Shown here in pieces: positions 9,687 through 18,430 of a stretch of DNA of 64,000 bases (within the stretch, counting starts at the first letter, position 1; each line of letters begins with the position of its first letter). The notes beneath the pieces are model-generated. The model made no database searches. It saw only the letters and a program-made list of their open reading frames with translations, and was not told where the DNA came from. Where the stretch lies: NCBI GenBank assembly GCA_035637595.1, contig DASPWW010000028.1, positions 19,522 to 83,521 of the forward strand. The letters are read 5' to 3'. The position numbers and the translations under genes were made by a program. Origin of the DNA: Solirubrobacterales bacterium (GTDB lineage Bacteria > Actinomycetota > Thermoleophilia > Solirubrobacterales > 70-9).

Positions 9687-9878
9687 CTAGGCCGCCTTCG
9701 TGACCTTGTTGGCCTTCAGGCACCGTGCGCACACGTAGACGCGGCGTGGGGTGCCGGCGTCGTCGATGCGCACCTTCTGGAGGTTTGGGTTGAAGCGCCG
9801 GCGGGTCGCGACCATCGAGTGGCTGCGCGAGTTGCCGAACGCGGGCCCCTTTCCGCAGCTGAAGCAGACCTTGGCCAT
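9687..9878 (-). CDS. rpmB: 50S ribosomal protein L28
   Basis: Last 63 codons of ORF 9687..10190: MAKVCFSCGKGPAFGNSRSHSMVATRRRFNPNLQKVRI... ATG at 9878. Confidence 0.92.
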   Translation of the reverse strand: MAKVCFSCGKGPAFGNSRSHSMVATRRRFNPNLQKVRIDDAGTPRRVYVCARCLKANKVTKAA

Positions 9879-9907
9879 CGCGACGCGAGATGGTAGCGGG
9901 GGCGCGC

Positions 9908-10387
9908 CTATCCGCCGCCGACGAGCGAGCGCCGCAGCGCCGCCATCCGCATCACGGCGCGGGCGGCGTCGCCGCCCTGGTCGCGCTTCTCGCCGCCGGC
10001 GCGCGCCAGCGCCTGGTCCATCGACTCCGCGGTGATGACGCCGAATGCGCATGGGATTCCCGTCTCGAGCCCAACCTGCTGGATCCCCCGCGCCGCTTGC
10101 GCGCAGACGTGCTCGTAGTGGTCGGTCTCGCCGCGGATCACCGCGCCGAGGCAGGCAACGCCCGCGAACCGTCCCGACTCGGCGCACCACCTCGCCGCCA
10201 GCGCCAGCTCGAAGGCACCGGGAACGCGATGCTCGTGCACCGAGGCCGGGGTGACACCGGCAGCGGCGAACGCCTCGACCGCGCCGTTGACGAGCCGCTT
10301 GGCGAGCTCCGTATAAAAGTCGGCGACGCAGATCGCGAACTCGCTGCCGGCGAGAAGCTCGCGCTGCTCGCCGGTGAGCTCAGCCAC
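9908..10387 (-). CDS. ribH: 6,7-dimethyl-8-ribityllumazine synthase
   Basis: 159 aa with VPGAFELA, IRGETDHYEHV and FGVIT motifs. Last gene of the rib operon. Confidence 0.92.
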   Translation of the reverse strand: MAELTGEQRELLAGSEFAICVADFYTELAKRLVNGAVEAFAAAGVTPASVHEHRVPGAFELALAARWCAESGRFAGVACLGAVIRGETDHYEHVCAQAARGIQQVGLETGIPCAFGVITAESMDQALARAGGEKRDQGGDAARAVMRMAALRRSLVGGG

Positions 10388-11795
10388 CTGCGCCGTCGCC
10401 GCGCTCTTCGACGTCGTCGGTCCCCTGACCCGGTTCTTCGCCGGGGTCCCTCGCCGGCCGCTCCGCCGCCCCGAGCGCCTCGCGCTCGACGTCCTTCTGG
10501 TGCTCGTCGTGGATCAGCTCCTCGTCGAACGGGAGGCCCTGGTGGTGGAGGGTGTGGCCGAGCAGCTCACGCTTCTGGCGCAGGTACGCCTCGTTGTGGG
10601 GATTGGGCACCGACTGGATCGGCAGCTGCTCGGTGACGGTCAGCCCGTAGCCCTCCATGCCGATGATCTTCTTCGGGTTGTTGGTCAGGATCCTGATGCT
10701 CGTCAGTCCGAGGTCGCCGAGAATCTGGGCCCCGATCCCGTAATCACGCAGGTCGGCGGGGAGTCCCAGCTTGAGGTTCGCCGCCACGGTGTCGAGCCCG
10801 TCCTCCTGGAGCTTGTAGGCGCGCAGCTTGTTGAGCAGCCCGATCCCCCGTCCCTCCTGGGAGAGATAGAGCAGGACGCCCCGGCCCTCGCGCTCGATCA
10901 TCGCCAGCGCCGCGGCGAGCTGCTCGCCACAGTCGCAGCGCAGGCTGTGGAAGACGTCACCGGTCAGGCACTCGCTGTGGACCCGGACAAGGACGTCCTC
11001 GGCGCCGGCGACCTCTCCCTTGACCATCGCGACGTGGTGCTTGTCGTCGACGAGCGAGCGGTAGCCGACGGCCGTGAACTCTCCGAAAGCGGTCGGCAGG
11101 CGGGTCGAGACGATGCGCTCGATCAGCTTCTCGGTCCGCCGCCGGTAGGCGATCAGCTCGGCGACGGTGATCATCTTCAGCCCGTGCCGCTCGCAGTACG
11201 GGACGAGGTCGGGGACGCGGGCCATCGTGCCGTCCTCGTTCATGATCTCGCAGATCACGCCGGCCGGGATCAGGCCGGCGAGCCGCGCCAGGTCGACGCT
11301 CGCCTCGGTGTGGCCGGTGCGCTCGAGCACCCCGCCCGACTTCGCCTTCAGCGGGAAGACGTGGCCGGGCTGGCGCAGGTCCTCGGGGCCGGAGTGGTGA
11401 TCGATCGCGACCTGGACCGTGCGAGCGCGGTCGTGGGCCGAGATCCCGGTGCTGACGCCCTCGGCCGCCTCGACCGACACGGTGAAAGCGGTCTGGAGCG
11501 GCTCCTCGTTCTTGGCCGCCATGAGATCGAGCCCGAGCTCGTCGCAGCGCTCCGCGGTCAGCGCGAGGCAGATCAGGCCGCGGGCCTCCTTGGCCATGAA
11601 GTTGACCGCCTCCGGTGTCGCGAACTGCGCCGCGAGCACCAGGTCGCCCTCGTTCTCGCGGTCCTCGCCGTCGCAGACGACCACCATCCTGCCGCGGCGG
11701 ATCTCCTCGAGGGCCTCCTCGACGGGCGCGAACGGGGCGCCGGCCGCGGCGGGGGGCGCGCCGGTCGCCTGCTGATTTGCCTGGGTGTCGCTCAT
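10380..11795 (-). CDS. ribBA: Bifunctional 3,4-dihydroxy-2-butanone-4-phosphate synthase / GTP cyclohydrolase II
   Basis: 471 aa. The DHBP synthase half has DRENEGDL and the GCH-II half has [21 protein letters not shown]. 8-nt overlap with ribH. Confidence 0.93.
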   Translation of the reverse strand: MSDTQANQQATGAPPAAAGAPFAPVEEALEEIRRGRMVVVCDGEDRENEGDLVLAAQFATPEAVNFMAKEARGLICLALTAERCDELGLDLMAAKNEEPLQTAFTVSVEAAEGVSTGISAHDRARTVQVAIDHHSGPEDLRQPGHVFPLKAKSGGVLERTGHTEASVDLARLAGLIPAGVICEIMNEDGTMARVPDLVPYCERHGLKMITVAELIAYRRRTEKLIERIVSTRLPTAFGEFTAVGYRSLVDDKHHVAMVKGEVAGAEDVLVRVHSECLTGDVFHSLRCDCGEQLAAALAMIEREGRGVLLYLSQEGRGIGLLNKLRAYKLQEDGLDTVAANLKLGLPADLRDYGIGAQILGDLGLTSIRILTNNPKKIIGMEGYGLTVTEQLPIQSVPNPHNEAYLRQKRELLGHTLHHQGLPFDEELIHDEHQKDVEREALGAAERPARDPGEEPGQGTDDVEERGDGAGG

Positions 11796-12400
11796 TGCAG
11801 TGCTCCTCTGTTAGCAAACTCTGACAGGAGGCTCTCGACGTAACGGGCGAGCACGTCCACCTCGAGGTTGACGAGCTGTCCCGGGGCCGCCTCGCCGAGC
11901 GTCGTTCGCTCCAGGGTCTCGGGGACGAGCGAGACCTCGAAACCCGCATCGCCGAGCGCCGCAACGGTGAGGCTGACCCCGTCCACCGTCACGGATCCGC
12001 GCTCGACGACGTAGCGGCGCAGCTCCTGGGGCGCCTCGACCGTGAGCCGGCGAGCGAACCCGTCCTCGGCCATCTCCACCACGGTGCCGGTCCCGTCGAC
12101 ATGGCCCTGGACCAGGTGGCCACCGATCCGGTCGCTGGGACGCAGCGCGAGCTCGAGGTTTACCGGGGCGCCGGTTTCGAGCGGCCCGAGCGAGGTGCGC
12201 TCGAGCGTCTGGTTCATCACATCGGCCTCGAACGCCCCGTCGTCGACCGCTGCGGCGGTGAGGCAGGCGCCGTTGACGGCGATCGAGTCTCCCGCCTCGA
12301 GCTCGCCCGCGAGCTTCGTCTTGACGCGCAGCCGCGCGCCCTCCGAGGCGGCGTCGATCCGCTCGACCGTCCCGACGTCCGCGATCAGGCCCGTGAACAC
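11792..12400 (-). CDS. ribE: Riboflavin synthase alpha chain
   Basis: ORF 11792..12508 trimmed to GTG 12400 (VFTGLIADVGTVE, the canonical N-terminus). This is 2 nt after the ribD stop. ATGA overlap with ribBA. Confidence 0.88.
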   Translation of the reverse strand: MFTGLIADVGTVERIDAASEGARLRVKTKLAGELEAGDSIAVNGACLTAAAVDDGAFEADVMNQTLERTSLGPLETGAPVNLELALRPSDRIGGHLVQGHVDGTGTVVEMAEDGFARRLTVEAPQELRRYVVERGSVTVDGVSLTVAALGDAGFEVSLVPETLERTTLGEAAPGQLVNLEVDVLARYVESLLSEFANRGALQ

Positions 12401-12404
12401 TGTC

Positions 12405-13547
12405 TCACCACTCCTTGAGCCGAGCCGCGACGAGCATGTCGTCGCCGACGCGCTCCCAGTCCGTGGTGAGGGCGTGATGCACGTCGTCGATCCGTGCCGC
12501 ACCGCCACCGCCGATCACGGGCCGCGCGCCGGCGCCGCCGATCACCAGCGGCGCGATGAAGAGCCGCAGCTGGTCGACCTCGCCGGCATCGAGGAATGAT
12601 CCGGCGAGCGTCGGCCCGCCCTCGAGCAGCACACTGGCGATCTCCCGGCGACCCAGCTCGCTCAGCGCGGTCGCGACCTGCGTCGGGCCCTCGCCGCCGG
12701 CCACGATGAGCTCGGCGCCGCCGCGTTCGAGGGCCGAGGTTCGCTCCTCCGGCGCGCCTGGACCCACGACGACGATCACCCGCGACTCGTCCGTCGAGTG
12801 CAGGAGCGCCGAGTCGAGCGGGAGGCGCGCCAGCGAGTCGAATACGACACGCGCCGGCTGGCGCACGTCCGCCACGTCGTCGACGTCGCGCGCCGTGAGC
12901 AACGGGTCGTCCGCCAGCACCGTTCCGATCCCAACCGCGACGGCGTCGGCCTCGGCACGCCAGCGATGGGCGAGGGCGCGGCTATCGGACCCCGAGATCC
13001 ACTTCGACTCCCCCGCGGCGGTGGCGACTCGCCCGTCGAGACTGAGCGCCGACTTGAGGGTGACCAGCGGCCGTCCCGTTCGTGCGTGCTTGCGAAACGC
13101 CTGGTTTAGAAGCCGAGCGGCGGCGGCCTCCGCTCCCTCCGCCAGCTCGACCTCGATTCCCTCGTCGCGCAGCATCCCAGGGCCGCGGCCGCTCGCCTTC
13201 TCGGACGGGTCATCGGAGGCGATCACCACACGCGCTATCCCGGCGGCGACGATCGCGTCGGTGCAGGGCGGCTGGCGACCGTGATGGGCGCACGGCTCGA
13301 GCGTCACGTACATCGTCGCGGCGGCGGGGTCGGCGCCACGGGCGCGGCAGTCCTCCAGCGCCGCGACCTCGGCGTGGACCCCACCGAGCTCCGCGTGGAA
13401 GCCCTCCCCGATCACAGCGTTGTCGCGGACGACAACTGCGCCGACCATCGGGTTGGGGCTGACCCTGCCCCGGCCCCGCTCAGCAAGCTCCAGGGCCCGC
13501 CGCAGGTGGATGCGGTCCTGGTCTGTGATCGGCTGGGCTTGGGGCAC
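12405..13547 (-). CDS. ribD: Bifunctional riboflavin biosynthesis protein RibD (deaminase/reductase)
   Basis: 380 aa with deaminase zinc motifs HAEVAA and PCAHHGRQPPC, followed by the reductase half. GTG start is preceded by AGGAGGG. Confidence 0.92.
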   Translation of the reverse strand: MPQAQPITDQDRIHLRRALELAERGRGRVSPNPMVGAVVVRDNAVIGEGFHAELGGVHAEVAALEDCRARGADPAAATMYVTLEPCAHHGRQPPCTDAIVAAGIARVVIASDDPSEKASGRGPGMLRDEGIEVELAEGAEAAAARLLNQAFRKHARTGRPLVTLKSALSLDGRVATAAGESKWISGSDSRALAHRWRAEADAVAVGIGTVLADDPLLTARDVDDVADVRQPARVVFDSLARLPLDSALLHSTDESRVIVVVGPGAPEERTSALERGGAELIVAGGEGPTQVATALSELGRREIASVLLEGGPTLAGSFLDAGEVDQLRLFIAPLVIGGAGARPVIGGGGAARIDDVHHALTTDWERVGDDMLVAARLKEW

Positions 13548-13560
13548 TCGCCCTCCTGAT

Positions 13561-13574
13561 TGACTGGTCAGTCA
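13561..13574. promoter_or_regulatory. Perfect 6-2-6 palindrome TGACTG-GT-CAGTCA next to the ribD ribosome-binding site (candidate operator)
   Basis: Read directly. rc(TGACTG)=CAGTCA. It lies 14-27 nt upstream of the ribD GTG and adjacent to the AGGAGGG SD. Confidence 0.25.
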
Positions 13575-13717
13575 GCCAGATTGTACGCACCTCGCGAAGG
13601 GCTTAGAGCGCGTCGAGGTCGTCGCGTCACCGGTCAAGCGTAGGACGGTGCCCGGTTGCAGGCAGCCCTGGCCGCTGCTGGGCGCCTGCACGCGCGGCAC
13701 CACTCCAAAAACCAATC

Positions 13718-13763
13718 GAGTGAACAGTTGACCGCTCGCTATAGGGGGGTGAGGTGTTCACTC
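13718..13763. promoter_or_regulatory. 9-bp perfect inverted repeat GAGTGAACA ... TGTTCACTC (28-nt spacer) in the ribD / glycosyltransferase divergent intergenic region
   Basis: Arms at 13718-13726 and 13755-13763, read directly. Function unknown. Confidence 0.2.
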
Positions 13764-13773
13764 AACGGTTGCG

Positions 13774-14898
13774 GTGGCTAGACGGCGTCCGCAAGCGCGC
13801 TCGGCGGTCGGGCGCACGAGCGATGGCATTGCCACGACTGCCCGCTGCGAGCCCCTCGCCCCGGTCTACCATGGCCTCGCCGTGACGAAGCTGATCATCC
13901 AGATTCCCTGTCTGAACGAGGAGGAGTTCCTTCCGCGCACGCTCGCCGACCTGCCGCGCCGCGTCGATGGCATCGACGAGGTCGAGTGGCTCGTCATCGA
14001 CGACGGTTCGACGGACGGCACCGTCGAGGTCGCTCGCGCGGGCGGGGTCGATCACGTCGTCCGGCTGACCAACAACAAGGGCCTCGCGGCCGCGTTCGCT
14101 GCCGGCCTCGACGCATCGCTGAAGCTCGGCGCGGACGTGATCGTCAACCTCGACGCCGACAACCAGTACCGCGCCGCCGACATCCCGAGCCTGGTTGCGC
14201 CGATCCTCGCCGGCCAGGCCGACATGGTGGTCGGGACGCGCGAGGTGCGGCACATCGAGCACTTCTCGCCCGCCAAGAAGCTGCTACAGCGACTCGGAAG
14301 CTGGGTCGTGCGCAGGGCGTCCGGGACCACGGTCAGCGACACGACCTCGGGATTCCGCGCCTACAACCGCGAGGCCGCTCTACAGCTTCAGGTCGTCGGC
14401 GACTTCACCTACACGCTCGAAAGCCTCATCCAGGCCGGCAAGATGCTCGTCGCGATCGAGCAGGTCCCGATCGCGACCAACCCGCCGCTTCGCAGCTCGC
14501 GGCTGTTTCCGTCGACCTCGAGCTACGTGCGGCGCAACGCGCTGGCGGTCTTTCGCGCCTACGCGATGTACGAGCCACTGCGTGTGTTCACGATCGCGGC
14601 GCTCGTGCTCGGCGTCGCCGCGCTCGGGGCTTGGACGCCGTTCCTCGCCGACTGGACCCTTCACGGCGACTCGAGCGGCCACGTCCAGTCGCTGATCCTC
14701 GGTGCCGTGCTGGCGATCGCCGCTGTCCAGGTCTTCGCGCTCGGGGTGATCGGCGACGCGCTCGCCGGCCAGCGCGTGATGACCCAGCGCACGCTGGAGC
14801 GGATCCGCCGCGTCGAGCTCAACCTCGGAATCGAGCCTTCCCACTACGAGCGCGGCACGCCGGCCTCGATCGAGGAGATCGAGAGGATCGGGGCGTGA
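13774..14898 (+). CDS. Family-2 glycosyltransferase with C-terminal transmembrane segments (polyprenyl-phosphate sugar synthase / GtrB-DPM1-like)
   Basis: 374 aa with IPCLNEEE..LVIDDGSTDGT..NKGLAAA..DADNQY (GT-A/DxD) plus two hydrophobic C-terminal helices. Start is GTG 13774 or in-frame GTG 13882. Confidence 0.85.
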   Translation: MARRRPQARSAVGRTSDGIATTARCEPLAPVYHGLAVTKLIIQIPCLNEEEFLPRTLADLPRRVDGIDEVEWLVIDDGSTDGTVEVARAGGVDHVVRLTNNKGLAAAFAAGLDASLKLGADVIVNLDADNQYRAADIPSLVAPILAGQADMVVGTREVRHIEHFSPAKKLLQRLGSWVVRRASGTTVSDTTSGFRAYNREAALQLQVVGDFTYTLESLIQAGKMLVAIEQVPIATNPPLRSSRLFPSTSSYVRRNALAVFRAYAMYEPLRVFTIAALVLGVAALGAWTPFLADWTLHGDSSGHVQSLILGAVLAIAAVQVFALGVIGDALAGQRVMTQRTLERIRRVELNLGIEPSHYERGTPASIEEIERIGA

Positions 14899-14928
14899 CT
14901 CCCGCGGGCCGGCGTTCCTGAGGCGGAC

Positions 14929-16323
14929 GTGAGCGACGGAACCGCGCCGGACACTCCGGCCAGCTACGGCCGCGCGGCCTCGCTGCTCTCACTCGGCGTC
15001 GGGACCAGCGGGCTGATCACCTACGCCTACTTCTCGATCGCCTCACACGAGCTGGGCAAGGTCGAGTACGGCGAGATCGTCGTGGTCTGGTCGGCTGTGT
15101 TCATCATCGTCTCGACGCTCTACCGACCGATCGAGCAGCTGCTGTCGCGGACGCTCGCCGAGCGCCAGGCGCGGGGCCAATCCCTCGGCCAGCCGCTTCG
15201 CGTCGCGGCGCTGATCCAGGCGGCGCTCGCCGCCGCGTTCGCGACCCTCGCGCTGGCGCTTCGCGGACCGCTCGAGGACGGGCTGCTGGACGGCGACTCG
15301 ACGCTCTACTGGGTGCTCGTCGCCTCGGTGCTCGCCTTCGCTGCCGGCTACTTCGCGCGCGGCCTGTTTGCCGGTACGCGCCGCTTCGGCCTCTACTTCC
15401 TGCTGCTGCTCGGTGAGGCGAGCGCGCGGGTCACGTTCGCTGTCGCGGTCGCCGTCGGTGCCGCGAGCGGCCAGTCGGCGGTCGCTCTCGGGATCGTCGC
15501 GGGGCCGTGCGTCGGTCTCGTCGTCGTGCCCCTGGCGTTCACCCGGCTCGCCGCCCGCAGCCGCGCCCATGACGGGGCGGTCGCGTCCCCCCTGAGCGCT
15601 CCGGCGAGCCGCGGGGAGCCGGAGTTCACGCTCGCCCACGGAGGGGGGTTCGCGGCCGCCGTGCTGTTGATCATGTTCAGCGAGCAGACCTTCCTCAACG
15701 CCGGCCCGTTGCTGCTGCGCGCATCCGAGGGAGCCGCGGCGGCCGGCTTCATCTTCAACGTGCTGATGATCGCCCGCGCCCCGCTGGTGCTCTTCCAGGC
15801 GGTAGCGACCAGCCTGCTCCCTCACCTGACCCGGCTGCGTTCGCGCGCCGGCGCGGGCGACGAGGCGTTCCGGCTGTCGATCCGGGGCACCGTGGCGGTG
15901 ATACTCGGGCTGACGGTCGTGGTGGGACTGGCCTCGGTGGCCGCGGGGCCGGACCTCATGCAGCTCGCGTTCGGCGACAAGTTCAGCTACGACCGCGCGG
16001 GGCTGCTGATCGTCACGGTGGGAATGGGGTTCTACCTGACGGCGGCGACACTCAACCAGGCCGCGATCGCGCAGGGCCAGGTGCGCCGCGCGGCGGTGCG
16101 CTTCTTCGCCTGTGCGGCGGGCTTCGTCGTCTGGACCCTGCTTCCCGTCGTCGCCGACGAGTTCCGCCGCGTCGAGGTCGGTTTCAGCGCCGCGGCGATG
16201 ATCCTGTGCGGTCTGCTCTACGTGCTCTACAGGCGGCCTCACGCACGCGCCGAGGACGTGGTCCGGCCCGACTCTCCGCAGGAGCTAGAGGCCCGGCTCG
16301 CCTCGGCCGACGAGGCGGGCTAG
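14929..16323 (+). CDS. Polytopic membrane protein, polysaccharide/oligosaccharide flippase-like (MOP/Wzx superfamily)
   Basis: 464 aa with a GTG start and roughly 12-14 hydrophobic helices. It directly follows the GT2 gene. The family call is by architecture only. Confidence 0.6.
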   Translation: MSDGTAPDTPASYGRAASLLSLGVGTSGLITYAYFSIASHELGKVEYGEIVVVWSAVFIIVSTLYRPIEQLLSRTLAERQARGQSLGQPLRVAALIQAALAAAFATLALALRGPLEDGLLDGDSTLYWVLVASVLAFAAGYFARGLFAGTRRFGLYFLLLLGEASARVTFAVAVAVGAASGQSAVALGIVAGPCVGLVVVPLAFTRLAARSRAHDGAVASPLSAPASRGEPEFTLAHGGGFAAAVLLIMFSEQTFLNAGPLLLRASEGAAAAGFIFNVLMIARAPLVLFQAVATSLLPHLTRLRSRAGAGDEAFRLSIRGTVAVILGLTVVVGLASVAAGPDLMQLAFGDKFSYDRAGLLIVTVGMGFYLTAATLNQAAIAQGQVRRAAVRFFACAAGFVVWTLLPVVADEFRRVEVGFSAAAMILCGLLYVLYRRPHARAEDVVRPDSPQELEARLASADEAG

Positions 16324-16329
16324 GGTCGC

Positions 16330-17421
16330 CTAGAGGCTGGGGCTGCTTTCCTCGACATCCCTGCCGATGGGCGCGAACAGGCCCTCGAGGCGATCCATCG
16401 CGGCATCCGTTCCCATCGCCACGACCACGTCGCCGACCCGCAGGGTCGTCTCGGCGGCGGGCTGGGGCTCGACGTCGCCGTCCGAGCGCCGGACCGCCAC
16501 GATCACCGCCGACCCCCGGACCTGACCGACCGACTGCCCGACGCCGGGGCATTCCTCGCTCACCTCGATCTCCTCCATGCGGTACTCGGGCGCTACGTCG
16601 ACGACGCCCGTGACCTGCGGGTGGAGGGCCAGCCTGGCCATCTCGGTCCCGCTCGTCTTGTAGGGGGAGATCACGCGGTCCGCGCCCGCCCTCAGCAGCT
16701 TCTTCTCCGAATCGGAGACGCTCGCCCGCGCGACGATCGTGATGTCGGGCCGCAGCTCGCGCGCCGTCAGCGTGACGAAGATGTTCTCCGCGTCCGAGTC
16801 CACGCATGCAAGGACCGCGCGCGCGCGCTCGATCCCGGCCTCGAGCATCACCTCGTCGTCGGACGGCTGCCCCGTGATGAACGGGGCGCCGATCGCCTCG
16901 GCGAGCTCGCGGTTGTCGGGATTGAAGTCCACCACGACGAACTCGTGGCCGGCGGCCTTGAGGTCGCGAGCGACCTGGCGCCCCACGCGCCCGAAGCCGC
17001 AGATCACATGGTGGTCGGAAAGCGACTGGATCATTCGCCGGGTTCGCCGCTGGCTGAGCAGGCCGCCCAGGTGACCGGCAACGAAGAACTCCGTCACCGT
17101 GACCAGAGCGTAGAAGAGCGTACCCACGCCGAGCACGATCAGCACGACCTTGAGGACCTGGGCTCTGGTCTCGTCGGGGTCCGGGATCGAGCCGACCGTC
17201 GCGATCGTGTCGAGCGTCCACTGGAACCCGCGCCACGCCGAGACGTCCTCGGTGATGACGAACCCGACCGTGCCACCCACGACCAGGAGGGAGATCAGTC
17301 CACCGAGCAGGCCCAGCCGGCGCAGGAACGGCGCCACCGTGGCGTCGTGCGCAATTGGGAAGGCGAAGCGCCCGGGCGGCTCGGTATGAGGGCCCGCGCG
17401 GGTGGGCGGTGCCCCGGGCAT
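16330..17421 (-). CDS. Two-TM potassium-channel-like protein with cytoplasmic RCK (TrkA-N + TrkA-C) domains and an atypical selectivity filter
   Basis: 363 aa with TM1, pore helix TLDTIATVGSIPD and TM2, then the Rossmann motif HHVICGFGRVGRQVARDL and a TrkA-C-like tail (MthK-like layout). Confidence 0.85.
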   Translation of the reverse strand: MPGAPPTRAGPHTEPPGRFAFPIAHDATVAPFLRRLGLLGGLISLLVVGGTVGFVITEDVSAWRGFQWTLDTIATVGSIPDPDETRAQVLKVVLIVLGVGTLFYALVTVTEFFVAGHLGGLLSQRRTRRMIQSLSDHHVICGFGRVGRQVARDLKAAGHEFVVVDFNPDNRELAEAIGAPFITGQPSDDEVMLEAGIERARAVLACVDSDAENIFVTLTARELRPDITIVARASVSDSEKKLLRAGADRVISPYKTSGTEMARLALHPQVTGVVDVAPEYRMEEIEVSEECPGVGQSVGQVRGSAVIVAVRRSDGDVEPQPAAETTLRVGDVVVAMGTDAAMDRLEGLFAPIGRDVEESSPSL

Positions 17422-17436
17422 CGAGCCCCCCCGACC

Positions 17437-18180
17437 TCAGCCGGCCCCGGCGGCGTCGGCGATCCGCAGGTATGCCGCCCCCGGGTCGGGGTCGCCGAAC
17501 ACCGCTGAGCCGGCGACGAAGATGCTCGCCCCGGCCTCCGCGACGCTGCCGACCGTCTCCGCGTCGATCCCCCCGTCGACGGCGATTACGGACCGCGGCG
17601 CGAGCGCCCGCAACCGCGCGACCTTGTCTGGAGAGGAGGCGATGAAGGGCTGGCCGCCCCACCCCGGGTTGACGGTCATGCAGAGCACGAGGTCCGCGGT
17701 GTCGCCCAGCTCCGAGACGGCGTCGACGGCCGTTCCGGGGTTGAGCGCAAGTCCGGCCAGGCAGCCGTGCTCGCGGATTGCGCTCAGCGTCCGGTTGGCG
17801 TGCACCGTCGCCTCGGCGTGGATCGTGATGCAGTCCGCTCCCGCTCGCGCGAACTCCGCCACCTGACCCTCCGGGCGCTCGATCATCAGGTGCACGTCGA
17901 TCGCACCCCCAGCGTCGTGGACGCGCTCGGCGATCGAGTCCACGATGAGCGGCCCGATCGTGATCGGTGGGACGAAGTGCCCGTCCATCACGTCGACGTG
18001 GATCAGGCGCGCTCCCGCCCCCATCACCTCGTCGATCTGCTCCGCTAGCCGCGCGAAGTCGGCGGACAGGATCGACGGGGCGACCCGCGAGGTCATGAAC
18101 AGCTCGCGAGGACCGCCCGTCGCCCTGCCCTCCGCGCTGGCGGGACCTGCTGCCTCCGTGTTCGCTGCGGGTTCGCTCAT
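17437..18180 (-). CDS. rpe: Ribulose-phosphate 3-epimerase
   Basis: 247-aa ORF with APSILSADFARL, HVDVMDGHFVP and VNPGWGGQ motifs. The true start may be the internal MTSRVAPS. Confidence 0.92.
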   Translation of the reverse strand: MSEPAANTEAAGPASAEGRATGGPRELFMTSRVAPSILSADFARLAEQIDEVMGAGARLIHVDVMDGHFVPPITIGPLIVDSIAERVHDAGGAIDVHLMIERPEGQVAEFARAGADCITIHAEATVHANRTLSAIREHGCLAGLALNPGTAVDAVSELGDTADLVLCMTVNPGWGGQPFIASSPDKVARLRALAPRSVIAVDGGIDAETVGSVAEAGASIFVAGSAVFGDPDPGAAYLRIADAAGAG

Positions 18181-18190
18181 CGAGCAGGAA

Positions 18191-18430
18191 TCAGATGGGT
18201 CGCAGCATGGAGCTGCGGCAATGCTGGCAAGTCATGTCCTCTGTCGTCCGCATCCTGGCAATCGTCTGGTGCTCGCCGCAGTTCGGGCACTGCGAGACGA
18301 GCTCGAAGCGCCGCAGGCAGTACACGCACCGAAAGCGACCCGGAAGCTGGGTGGGCCGCAGCCACGGCTCGCCGCATCCGGGGCAGGGCGGGCGCGAGAG
18401 CTCGGCAGTCCCGAGCGGCTCCTCCGCCAT
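18191..18430 (-). CDS. Small double zinc-ribbon protein (four CxxC pairs), function unknown
   Basis: 79 aa with CPGC..CVYC..CPNC..CQHC. Its ATG overlaps the rsmB TGA (TGATG), and its stop is 10 nt before the rpe start. Confidence 0.6.
   Translation of the reverse strand: MAEEPLGTAELSRPPCPGCGEPWLRPTQLPGRFRCVYCLRRFELVSQCPNCGEHQTIARMRTTEDMTCQHCRSSMLRPI

Noticed and set aside
10374-11843. Long ORFs antisense to or frame-shifted within real genes, for example 10374..11843(+), 15043..16242(-), 18544..20013(+), 22398..23927(+), 24412..26010(-), 26167..28530(-), 34831..36600(+), 44537..45955(-), 49586..51127(+), 52390..54444(+), 52952..54478(-).
   Set aside because: Their translations are Arg/Pro/Gly/Ala-dominated low-complexity strings with no recognisable motifs. 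They mirror genes that have clear family signatures. Such shadow ORFs are expected in DNA of about 70% GC because stop codons are rare.
13548-13773. FMN (RFN) riboswitch expected upstream of ribD.
   Set aside because: I could not locate the conserved core strings on either strand, only short partial resemblances. I report this as a finding to be tested with a covariance model rather than as a feature.
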